64,000 bases of DNA, from the NCBI GenBank assembly GCA_964016885.1, contig OZ024743.1, forward strand, positions 50,468,001 to 50,532,000. The letters are read 5' to 3'. A model generated the notes under the pieces. That model worked only from the letters and a program-made list of their open reading frames with translations, was not told the origin of the DNA and did not search any database. The DNA is from Eledone cirrhosa (Eukaryota). Positions 55,639 through 64,000 of this stretch are shown here, piece by piece; position 1 is the stretch's first letter, and the number at the start of each line of letters is the position of its first letter. A program made the translations under genes and the position numbers.

Positions 55639-55681
55639 AACCTCGGCGGAATTTGAACTCAGAATGGCAAGGGCCGTAACT
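55639..55681 (-). mobile_element. Internal fragment of a family-1-like SINE (B-box region)
   Basis: aacctcggcggaatttgaactcaga..cgtaac matches 55,789-55,830. Confidence 0.7.
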
Positions 55682-55693
55682 TGACTAGGAAAA

Positions 55694-55872
55694 TATAATT
55701 GTTTCTACTTTTGGCACAAGGCCAGCAATTATCCAGTGCATTACTGGTACTTTATTCTATCGACCCCGTAAGGATGAAAGGCAAAGTCAACCTCGGCGGG
55801 ATTTGAACTCAGATCGTAAAGGGACGTAACTATGCTGGAAAGCATGACGTCCGACCCTCTACCGATACTGCC

Positions 55873-55873
<1 letters not shown>
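55694..55873 (-). mobile_element. tRNA-derived SINE, family 1, copy 2
   Basis: A box TGGCAGTATCGG, B box GTTCAAATCC; near-identical to 32,330-32,505. Confidence 0.9.

Positions 55874-55914
<41 letters not shown>
55873..55914. repeat. (AAT)14 between the SINE head and the 3' end of Tx1 copy D
   Basis: Read directly. Confidence 0.97.
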
Positions 55915-55916
<2 letters not shown>

Positions 55917-56176
55917 TTTCTTTATTAACCACAAGGGTTTACATAAAGTAGACATTAAGGACAGTGCAGGACAATGCAGGACGGTACAAATGGGCATTTC
56001 TGCGTGTAAAAAAACAAAAACAGAGGATGTAACAAAAATAACAATGAAAATAACAATGAAAAATTCCCCAATAGGGGGGAGACTTCGGAGGGACATTTGT
56101 GGAGAAAGCCCAGTAAAAAGCCACAATGACCCTGACCACCAAGGCAAGTGCCCTCTCCCAGTTTTCCACCTTTAGT

Positions 56177-59100
56177 TTACAGATATATACTCAGAGTCGG
56201 CCCATTCACTCGGGCCATTCTTGCTTCTCTCACCCATCTTTCAACAAAATGCTGGGAAGAGAGCACTTCCTTCTCTACTCTGATTTTCCTTTTCAAATGA
56301 AATTCGAAAAAGTCAATCAGAGCATCACCGAAGAGGTAAGTGCTTGTCTTCAGCCCTTTCAAACGTGTCCACCATACTATCTCTTTCGCCATGGCCACCA
56401 GACAGATAAAAACTGCCTGCCCTTCCCGGCTAAAGGAGGAGGGCGGGGCAATCCTCACGATGGACTCAGATGATAGCCGGATCCGTCCTAAACGCGACAG
56501 CAGGTGTTCGACATAAACCCACAAGTCAGCAATTTTCGGACACTGGACGAGTGCGTGCAGGACGGTTTCGTCGCCCTGCGCGCATCTCGGACATGCCCGG
56601 CTGACGGCACCTCCATGCCTGTAGAGTTTATCCCGAACTGGCAAGGCTCCTCGGTAGCACTGCCAGGCCAGAGATTTCTGGAAGTTGTCCATAGGCCCTG
56701 GCCCGAAAGTTCTTCCGAAGAGATTGGCTAGTTGATTTTCGTCGACGCCTAGAGTTTCCCCAAGTACGTCGTCGCTCTTCCCCTCCACTAATCCTCTATA
56801 GAACGCCGAGGTGGAGTTTCCACCGATCACATTGCCCGATTGGTCGAGGGCTGTGAGCGCCTGAAGACATTCCAGTCTCCAGGCGCTCCCTCTCGGTCTT
56901 CGCTTGACCCAGGACTGCAGCTCCGTCAAGGAAACGAGCTGGGGAAAAACGCGTCTAGCAAACGGCGACCACACCTGATCACCGTCGAGGAAGAGGTGGA
57001 GATGTCGTAGCCTGAGCGCGTGCCTGCGCATCATCAGCCACGGCATGCCCAGCCCTCCACGTAGCGGGTGTTGACAACAGATGGACCGCCTGACCATCGG
57101 AGCACGTCCCTTCCACAAAAAGCGAAAGAGCAAACGCTCCAGCGCAGTCAGGCGAGGCTTAGGACAAGGTACGACGGTCAGGCGGTAGCAGATGACAGAC
57201 GCGATGTACGCGTTAGCCACCTCTGCTCGACCTTTCAGGGATAGCTTCCTCTCCGCCCATTTCTGGGTGAGAGAAGCCACCCTGCTCGTCACCTCGTCCC
57301 AGTTTTTGTCCGTCTGGAGGTCCGGACCGAACCAGACCCCTAGCAATTTAACCGGTCCGTCCGTCCAGCGCCCGACGACGCTGTTGGACGGCATGGACCT
57401 GCCTCTCCAGGTGCCGAGCTGCAGGCCCACTGACTTTTCCTGGTTGATCATTGCTCCTGTCACCGCTTCGTATTCTCTTAGTGTAGTGCCGATCGCCTCG
57501 ATGTGTTTGGCGTTCGACACCGCTACGGTGACATCGTCCGCATATGCTGACACGGATCTTCCGCATCCTAGTTCGCGCGGGACTCCCCTCAACGTCTCCA
57601 GTTTGTGCAGTAATGGCTCGAGAGTCAATACGTACAAGAGGGACGAGAGGGGACATCCTTGGCGGACCGAGCGCATGATGTTGAACGGTTCCGACAGGTG
57701 ACCGTTCACTCTCACCACAGAGCAGATGTCGCTGTGCATGGCAGCGATCCAGCCTCTGAAGACGGGCCCAAAGCCAGCCGCCCTCAGGACTGCCGCTAGG
57801 TAACGATGGTCGACCCTATCGAAAGCTTTCGACTGATCTAAATTGATCAAGGACCCACCCGTGCCAGGTTCCCTAGCTACCCTCTCTACGATGTATCGCA
57901 TGAGGTGGAGGTTGTCGTGGATGGATCTGTCGGGAATGGCGCATGTCTGCGCCTCTCCCACCAGACCACCAACGACAAGCGCCAACCTCTTTGCTAGCAC
58001 CTTGGCCAAAATCTTAAACTCTGTGTTTAGCAGAGTTATGGGCCGGAAATTGTCTATGTTATCCCCCTTGTTCGGATCCTTTCTCACCAGTGCCACCGCT
58101 CCTCGGCTCACAGAACTGGGAATTCTCCCGTTCTGTTGCCAGTTGCAGTAGACGTCCGCCAAGAGGCCTCCGAACAAGTCTGGCATCTGTACGTAAAGTT
58201 CATAGGGCAGACCATCCAAACCAGGCGATTTACCCCTTGTGCAGCCAGTCATTGCCTCCCGTACTTCAGCGGCTGTTATCGGCTTTTCGCAACACCTCGC
58301 CTCAGTGGCCGAGAGCCGCGGCAGTCCGTCGAGGTAGACACTAAAGTCCATCCCTCTACCCGGCCCCCCGCTGCCCCCGAACAGCTGAGCGAAGTGTCGC
58401 TGAAAAGCTTCACACATTTGCCCGGGATCGAGTAGCATGCGCCCGTCGTGGTCCACCAAAGACCGGATCGTGGCTTTGTTGCCACGACGCGCCTCCGCCA
58501 CTCGGGCCCATTGAACGGCTTTCGTCCCCTCGTGTCTGAGAGCACGCACCCTAGCTCTGACAACGCAGCCTTCGTGCTTTGCATTGAAGAATTGGTCAAG
58601 GGCCAATTTCGCCGCAAGCACGTCGGTCGCAATGCCTTTGCTAAGCGCCTCGTCTAATTTTCTAACTAGTTCTCCCTCTGCTCTATTTTTCTCTATTGCT
58701 AAAGCCTTACTAAACCTAATCGATTCTATTCTAATCGCTCTTTTCAGAGCAAACCACCACTTGTTGTTGACGATGGCCCCCGTCAACGCCCGCTTAACTA
58801 GTTCGCTAATCCGGTCTCTGTAGGCCTTGCGCGCTGGTAAGGACGCGTTTAGCTTCCAGTAGCCGGGTCCTCGTCTATGAAGCCTATCTAAGTCAAGCAC
58901 ACAGGTCACGAATTTGTGGTCCGTGTAGCTGACTATCTTGAATTGTGGACAGCCTATGCTAGACCTATCTATTTCCCTACAAAATACTCTATCTAGATAT
59001 GATCTGGATGACCCTATGCGGTTTGTCCAAGTCCACATTGGCACATTCGGGAAATCCAATCGGTACCTGTCAGACAGTTCAAAACGCCTGAGCAGGTTGG

Positions 59101-59596
59101 TGAGGCTCTTGCACCCTCCACCCCTATCCGCTAATCCCACACAGTCCCAGCGTGCATCTAAGATCCCGTTCCAGTCGCCCACTAACACTAAAGAGCGGGA
59201 CGTTCCAAGAAAGGTCTCCAGACGCCGGAAGAAATCAGGCCGCCCTGCTCCTGTCGGGGCATAGACGGCCACTAGCCTGAAAGCTTGCCCGTCTCCGCTG
59301 GTCACGTCCAGCACCACCAGCTTACCCTCTGGGTCCAGGAAGATGGCCCGTATGGCGAGATCCAAACCTCTCCGAAAAAGCACAGCAACTCCTCCACCCG
59401 ATCCAGGACGGCTGGGAGATGCGTACACATCGTAGCCGCCGAAGATCGGTGCGAAGGCCCGTGCTTCGGAGATTCTGGTCTCGCTGATGGCCACTACATC
59501 TATGTTTAGTGACCTGAGGTCGTTGAGCAGGTGACCCTGCTTCCATGACGACCCCAAGCCACGCGCATTTATGCTGCCTATTCTGAGTGAGGTCAT
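56177..59596 (-). CDS. ORF2: APE endonuclease, reverse transcriptase and C-terminal zinc finger, 1,139 aa
   Basis: GSINARGL, VAISET, VYAP, VGDWN, YLDR, YTDH; PGLDG, RPITLLNTEFKIL, LDQSKAFDRVDH, SVRQGCPLS, AYADD, KLLGV; CPRC..ETVLHALVQC. Confidence 0.96.
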   Translation of the reverse strand: MTSLRIGSINARGLGSSWKQGHLLNDLRSLNIDVVAISETRISEARAFAPIFGGYDVYASPSRPGSGGGVAVLFRRGLDLAIRAIFLDPEGKLVVLDVTSGDGQAFRLVAVYAPTGAGRPDFFRRLETFLGTSRSLVLVGDWNGILDARWDCVGLADRGGGCKSLTNLLRRFELSDRYRLDFPNVPMWTWTNRIGSSRSYLDRVFCREIDRSSIGCPQFKIVSYTDHKFVTCVLDLDRLHRRGPGYWKLNASLPARKAYRDRISELVKRALTGAIVNNKWWFALKRAIRIESIRFSKALAIEKNRAEGELVRKLDEALSKGIATDVLAAKLALDQFFNAKHEGCVVRARVRALRHEGTKAVQWARVAEARRGNKATIRSLVDHDGRMLLDPGQMCEAFQRHFAQLFGGSGGPGRGMDFSVYLDGLPRLSATEARCCEKPITAAEVREAMTGCTRGKSPGLDGLPYELYVQMPDLFGGLLADVYCNWQQNGRIPSSVSRGAVALVRKDPNKGDNIDNFRPITLLNTEFKILAKVLAKRLALVVGGLVGEAQTCAIPDRSIHDNLHLMRYIVERVAREPGTGGSLINLDQSKAFDRVDHRYLAAVLRAAGFGPVFRGWIAAMHSDICSVVRVNGHLSEPFNIMRSVRQGCPLSSLLYVLTLEPLLHKLETLRGVPRELGCGRSVSAYADDVTVAVSNAKHIEAIGTTLREYEAVTGAMINQEKSVGLQLGTWRGRSMPSNSVVGRWTDGPVKLLGVWFGPDLQTDKNWDEVTSRVASLTQKWAERKLSLKGRAEVANAYIASVICYRLTVVPCPKPRLTALERLLFRFLWKGRAPMVRRSICCQHPLRGGLGMPWLMMRRHALRLRHLHLFLDGDQVWSPFARRVFPQLVSLTELQSWVKRRPRGSAWRLECLQALTALDQSGNVIGGNSTSAFYRGLVEGKSDDVLGETLGVDENQLANLFGRTFGPGPMDNFQKSLAWQCYRGALPVRDKLYRHGGAVSRACPRCAQGDETVLHALVQCPKIADLWVYVEHLLSRLGRIRLSSESIVRIAPPSSFSREGQAVFICLVAMAKEIVWWTRLKGLKTSTYLFGDALIDFFEFHLKRKIRVEKEVLSSQHFVERWVREARMARVNGPTLSIYL

Positions 59597-59631
59597 GTTT
59601 AAAATAGAGTGGAAAAGATGGGAAAGACCAC

Positions 59632-61728
59632 TTACCGTACTTTGGGTAGAGGAGGGATGGTTTTTACATCCCTTTTCACTTGATCGTCTGGTGAAGGGAC
59701 CGTTGAATCGTCCCTTCGGCTGGTCGTCGGCTCTTCTAAGAGAATGTCTGAATATACTCTTCGATTAATGGTTCCTCCTAGGTCCCTGAAATCACCAACT
59801 GCGTTGGGGAATTTCGTTTTAATGTTTGTGTATTGTTTCTGTGCTATTTTTAGCAGTCTTATGTTAGTTGGCGTTTTGATTGGTGCTGGTATTATGTAGT
59901 CCTGTTGTGAAATGTCTGTGTGTTCAATTATGTAAGTCATTAGTTTCTTGTTGTGTGTGTTTATTGCCGTGCATTTGTTTTTCTGGAGGTGGGGTGTGGT
60001 TCTGCTATTTTCTTGTCGTTGTTGCTGGGTGTGTGTGTTTTGTTGTTGTGTTTGCGATGTTGGTGCTTGTGGTGGTGGTGTTGAAGGTGTTGTTGGCGGT
60101 GGGGTTGTCGCCGGTGGTGATGGTGGTGCTGGTGTGGGTGGTGATGGTGTTGGTGGTGTTGCTGCTGTGGGTCTCTTTGCAGTAGACTTTACCCTTTTCT
60201 CATTTCTTTCCTCCCTTTTCAAAGGCGACGATGCGCTGCTTCTGCGTTTGTGCCTTCTTGCGACCTTTTGCCATCCCTCTCCCACCTCACACTCCATGTC
60301 TGATTCTGTAAGGTCGGGGAGGGGTACCAGCTCCACTCTTTCACTTGTTGTTGTTGGTGATGTTTGCACTGGAGTCTCTGTTGCAGCTGCATTTGGTATT
60401 GCTGTTGTTGTTGTTAATATTTCCACTGCTGCTGCTGTCTTTGATTTCCGTGGAGTGGGTATGGGTGCCACGGACCTATCGTTCCTGGTTGCCGCTTGTC
60501 CTGTTGCTGGTAGCCGTGGAGCCGGATTCGGAAGGAGGGGGGTTTTCTCCTTTCTCAGGGTCTTCTCGTTGCAGAAGGCCCTGAGGTGAGTCTTCGATCC
60601 ACAGCGAAAGCATTTCGGGCGTTTGCCCTCAACACTTATGGGCAGTTGAGTGCCGTTATCGAAGTCTATCACATCCGGGATAGCTTCGATGCACTCCTGG
60701 TTGGTTTGGATTAGCATCTCAATGGAGGAGCCGACCCAATCTTCTCTTACTTTTTTCTGTACTTGCAGTACAGTTGTTTTGTCCTCGATTCCGACGAGGA
60801 CAGACGCGGCCAGCCAAGAAGGGGTCATTCCTGGGGGGACGTGGGTCAGTTTGACCCTCACAATTTTTTGCCCGCAGTAGGAGGGCACCAACACCATTTC
60901 CTCGCTCCTTAGGGTCACTACTGATTGGGCCTTTGCCTCCTGGGGTGTGGCAAAAAGTACGTCTACGGTGGCGTATTTTTTGCCTCGGGTGATGTGCGTT
61001 TTCCTCTGCCACACAGACCCCAAGGCTTTTTGTATTTGGGCCTCTGTGGCTCTTTCCACCCTACGGGATTTTGTACTTACTGTACGGTACGTGACCGTAC
61101 AGTGCTCTTGGGTTTCGAAAAAATTTTTCGCTGCCTTGCAGATTGCTCGGTGTCCGTTCTTTGTCACCATCTTCTTCGCTTCCTCTAATTCCTCATTTGT
61201 TATGAGGATTGTTTCCAAGTTTTTCGCAATACCTGCAAATGAGATTGGTTTTTCTCTGCTGTTGTTGTTGTCGTCAGAGCTGCTGGTACTTTTGTTGTTG
61301 CTGCAGGTACTACGACTACTGCCTCCGCCGCTGTTGCTGTGGTTGTTGTTGGTGTTGCTGCTGCTAATGCTGTTGTTGTTTATGCTGCTGGTGATGCTGT
61401 TGCGGCTGCTACTGTTGTTTTCATTGTCACTGTTGCTGTTGTTATTACGGCTGCTACTGCTATTATTCCTGACGTCAGACGAATGAACTGGGTTTTCGTA
61501 TTTCCCGCACACCTGTTTCGTCGCTGTCGTCGTCGTCGTGGAGAAACCTTGCACGCTTTGCACGAGACTTTTCTTTTCTTTCGTCGCTTGCGAAAGAGAA
61601 GGGAGGGAGAGAGACACATTTAAAGAAGGGAGGGAGAGAGACAATCTTCTCTCTGCTGTAGTGATGATTGAGGAAGAAGAAGACGGAATGAGTGGGAGTG
61701 ACGTATGAAATTTCTTTTTCGTAGCCAT
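59632..61728 (-). CDS. ORF1: gag-like nucleic-acid-binding protein with a single CCHC knuckle
   Basis: CFRCGSKTHLRAFC; S/N-rich N-terminus and P/T-rich C-terminus. I take the start as the first ATG (AAACATGG, 61,728); the ORF track starts at an upstream TTG. Confidence 0.9.
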   Translation of the reverse strand: MATKKKFHTSLPLIPSSSSSIITTAERRLSLSLPSLNVSLSLPSLSQATKEKKSLVQSVQGFSTTTTTATKQVCGKYENPVHSSDVRNNSSSSRNNNSNSDNENNSSSRNSITSSINNNSISSSNTNNNHSNSGGGSSRSTCSNNKSTSSSDDNNNSREKPISFAGIAKNLETILITNEELEEAKKMVTKNGHRAICKAAKNFFETQEHCTVTYRTVSTKSRRVERATEAQIQKALGSVWQRKTHITRGKKYATVDVLFATPQEAKAQSVVTLRSEEMVLVPSYCGQKIVRVKLTHVPPGMTPSWLAASVLVGIEDKTTVLQVQKKVREDWVGSSIEMLIQTNQECIEAIPDVIDFDNGTQLPISVEGKRPKCFRCGSKTHLRAFCNEKTLRKEKTPLLPNPAPRLPATGQAATRNDRSVAPIPTPRKSKTAAAVEILTTTTAIPNAAATETPVQTSPTTTSERVELVPLPDLTESDMECEVGEGWQKVARRHKRRSSASSPLKREERNEKRVKSTAKRPTAATPPTPSPPTPAPPSPPATTPPPTTPSTPPPQAPTSQTQQQNTHTQQQRQENSRTTPHLQKNKCTAINTHNKKLMTYIIEHTDISQQDYIIPAPIKTPTNIRLLKIAQKQYTNIKTKFPNAVGDFRDLGGTINRRVYSDILLEEPTTSRRDDSTVPSPDDQVKRDVKTIPPLPKVR

Positions 61729-61941
61729 GTTTTTTTGTTTAAAATGAAATTTTGGGTACAAAACCCCAATAACTGGTTATTTAACCCCGAAGGGCCAAAT
61801 AACGGACAGAAAGACCCCTCTCACGAGGAGGAGGGTGTCTTTATCAACAATTTGGTTCAAGTTTTAAACAATTTACAATTGTTTTAACGGTTAAAAATTA
61901 CTATACCTTACAGAGCCGAGCCTCCGTCAACCATGGCATTC

Positions 61942-61962
61942 AATAATAATAATAATAATAAT
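61942..61962. repeat. (AAT)7 at the 5' junction of copy D
   Basis: ggcattc|(aat)7. Confidence 0.95.
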
Positions 61963-62192
61963 AAATTAATAGAAGAGAAGAAATGGAAGCAATTTGATAG
62001 GTCTAGCAGTAAGGAAAAAGTTTTTCGAGTCAGTAATAAAGTAAGATTGAATGTAAAATGGTGGCGTTGCCAGGAATAGACTTTTTACTGTTGAATATAA
62101 TGCTTCCCAAGATAAATGGAAAGTTTCTGATTAGAGAATTAATATTTTATGTAATGGGATTCTAGGAAATCTTCCCCGGGGGAAATTATGTC

Positions 62193-62285
62193 ATAACTTC
62201 ACTGCGAGACAAACTAACGAGATTATTTTATATAACTTCACTGCGTGACAAACCAACGAGATTTCAACATAATTTACTGCGAAAC
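62193..62285. repeat. ~39-bp tandem duplication (2+ copies)
   Basis: ataacttcactgcgagacaaactaacgagatt / ataacttcactgcgtgacaaaccaacgagatt. Confidence 0.8.
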
Positions 62286-62349
62286 TTTGCAAAGTTTCGG
62301 GGTTAAAAAATCTCTGCTTTTAATAATTTGGTGTTGCTAACACTGTGAA

Positions 62350-62480
62350 AGTGCTTGGCTTTGTGGTTAGTGTGTTCGGCTCTCGAACGTAAGGTCGTGA
62401 GTTCGATTCCTGACTACGCGCTGTGCTCTTGAGAAAGACATTGTGTCACGTTGCTCCAGTACACTCAACTGAAAAAAGTA
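62350..62480 (+). mobile_element. tRNA-derived SINE, family 2 (degenerate)
   Basis: TGGCTTTGTGGTTAG (A box), GTTCGATTCC (B box), CTTGAGAAAGACA..TCACGTTGCTCCAG, as at 32,014. Confidence 0.72.
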
Positions 62481-62639
62481 AGTCATACTTCTGATTCCAA
62501 AGGGTTGAGGATTACGTCAAGGGTGCACGTTTTCGAGGAATGAACCCAAGATGTTACGCAGAGGGATTGAACCTAAACCCACGCAATCATACCTGCAACT
62601 ATATTATTGAAAAAGAAACAATGAAAGACGCCAATGTGT

Positions 62640-62860
62640 TGACTCTTTGTCAGAAGTTTCAGCTGTTTGATCATGAAATTAACCTGTAAGTGACTGAGTA
62701 TCTCGCAGACATGTGTATCATTAATGTAGTACTCAGGGAGATTCAACTTGGAGCAGTGTGTGACATGACTTGCCATTTAAATTACAGGTACAGCATATTT
62801 TTGTCAGATGAGCAGACAGGGACTACATACAATGAAGTGTCTTGCTCAAGGGCACAACGA
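62640..62860 (-). mobile_element. SINE family 2-related body, headless and degenerate
   Basis: Minus strand GTTGTGCCCTTGAGCAAGACACTT core; extent is approximate. Confidence 0.55.
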
Positions 62861-63156
62861 GTCAGTGGCTCAAACAAAGTCTTTACTTCTTCAAGCGACA
62901 ACCATAAACGTTAAGTGACTTTTAAAAGATCAATAAATACGATGAATGAAGAACTAAAAGTGTCTATAATAAAATGTGTAAAACTGTAAAGAATCCGGTT
63001 CTAATTAATCACGTAAAGGCAAGAAGGAAGTTCGTTTCATGTATTCTCATAAAACAGCACAGCTCGCCATATTGTCTTTTAAAATAGTGCCTTCTCATTA
63101 TAACTCATCATAACTCTCCGGTTCACCTCTCAACAGATCTAGTCACTGAGATTAAA

Positions 63157-63337
63157 AATAATTGTTTCTACTTTTGGCACCAGGCCATCAATTACCCAGT
63201 ACATTACTGGTACTTTATTTTATCGACCCCGTAAGGATGGAAGGCAAAGTTAACCTCGACGGGATTTGAACTCAGACCGTAAAGGGAAGTAACTATGCTG
63301 GAAAGCATGGCGTCCGACCCTCTACCGATACTGCCAA
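63157..63337 (-). mobile_element. tRNA-derived SINE, family 1, copy 3
   Basis: Near-identical to copies 1 and 2, with the same 5' start. Confidence 0.9.
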
Positions 63338-63346
63338 TTCTTAAAA

Positions 63347-63400
63347 ATAATGAACATTATCAAGACAATAAATATTATCAAGATAATGAACATTATCAAG
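63347..63400. repeat. 18-bp minisatellite x3
   Basis: ataatgaacattatcaag / acaataaatattatcaag / ataatgaacattatcaag. Confidence 0.8.
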
Positions 63401-63555
63401 CTATTTATTCAACTTTATCCTCAATAAAGTCTTTTGAAATTCTCAATAAACTGACTCCATTTTCCTGCTGGGTGTCGTCTGCTTTTTAAGTTATCTCACT
63501 TCACGCTTGGAATGTCATTCGGGTTCTTTGTTGTTAACGAACTTCTCAATCAATC

Positions 63556-63558
<3 letters not shown>

Positions 63559-63594
<36 letters not shown>

Positions 63595-63634
63595 CTCTCA
63601 CACCCACTTTCTTTCTTTTCTCTCTTCTTCTCTT

Positions 63635-63713
<79 letters not shown>

Positions 63714-63885
63714 CTCTCACACCCACTTTCTTTCTTTTCTCCTTTCTTCTCTTTCTTTCTCTCTCTCTCTCTCACTCTCTCTTTCAATCTCTCTCTCTCT
63801 CTATCTCTTTCTCTCTCTCACTTTCTTTTCTCTCTTCCTCTCTTTGTTTCTCTCTGTCTCTTTTTCTTTCTCCCTTTCTCTCTCG
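63559..63885. repeat. (CT)n/pyrimidine microsatellite with a ~119-bp internal duplication
   Basis: Long (CT)n runs; gactctctcacacccactttctttcttttctc at 63,591 and 63,710. Confidence 0.95.
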
Positions 63886-64000
63886 CTATATGTACACCTT
63901 ATCCCTTCAACGCCCGTCTCTCTATCTCTGCCCCACCTCTCTGCCCCACCCTTCACAACCAACAATCTCTACGCTCAGCCAGTCGTGTCTATAAAGTAAA

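Larger units (their letters stand above)
55915..61941 (-). mobile_element. L1/Tx1-type retrotransposon, copy D (full-length, both ORFs intact, flanked on both sides by (AAT)n)
   Basis: (AAT)14 | 3'UTR | ORF2 | 35-nt spacer | ORF1 | ~210-bp 5'UTR | (AAT)7. Confidence 0.95.

Noticed and set aside
32330-55873. SINE copies as LTRs or direct repeats of one composite element
   Set aside because: They have Pol III boxes and tails, lack TG..CA ends and a primer-binding site, and a third copy stands alone at 63,157.
32865-61623. Many plus-strand ORFs over Tx1 copies and minus-strand ORFs over Dong copies
   Set aside because: Antisense shadows of TE coding sequence or low-complexity DNA. They recur only because the parent elements are homologous.

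Overview
Eukaryotic repeat-rich DNA with no host gene and no prokaryotic features. The SINEs resemble those I recall from Octopus, so a cephalopod origin is an inference only. Bases 1-~31,585 are one satellite of 8-bp units, ATTGAA+NN (mostly CC/CT, also GT, CG, AT, CA). It has about 3,950 units, only three 1-bp register shifts, and kb-scale higher-order duplications. Bases ~32-62 kb are a dense cluster of non-LTR retrotransposons built on (AAT)n tracts that all have the same polarity. It holds four L1/Tx1-type elements on the minus strand (gag-like CCHC ORF1 plus APE-RT ORF2; one full-length with both ORFs intact at 55,915-61,941), two R4/Dong-type RT-RLE elements on the plus strand (one with an open 1,216-aa ORF), and tRNA-derived SINEs. 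Best leads: (1) Tx1 elements appear to target (ATT)n, sharing it with Dong-like elements in the opposite orientation; (2) a GTAAGT splice-donor consensus overlaps the ORF1 end 33-34 nt before the ORF2 ATG in all four Tx1 copies; (3) the SINE and Tx1 3' ends are similar; (4) a perfect 77-bp palindrome sits in frame inside one ORF1.
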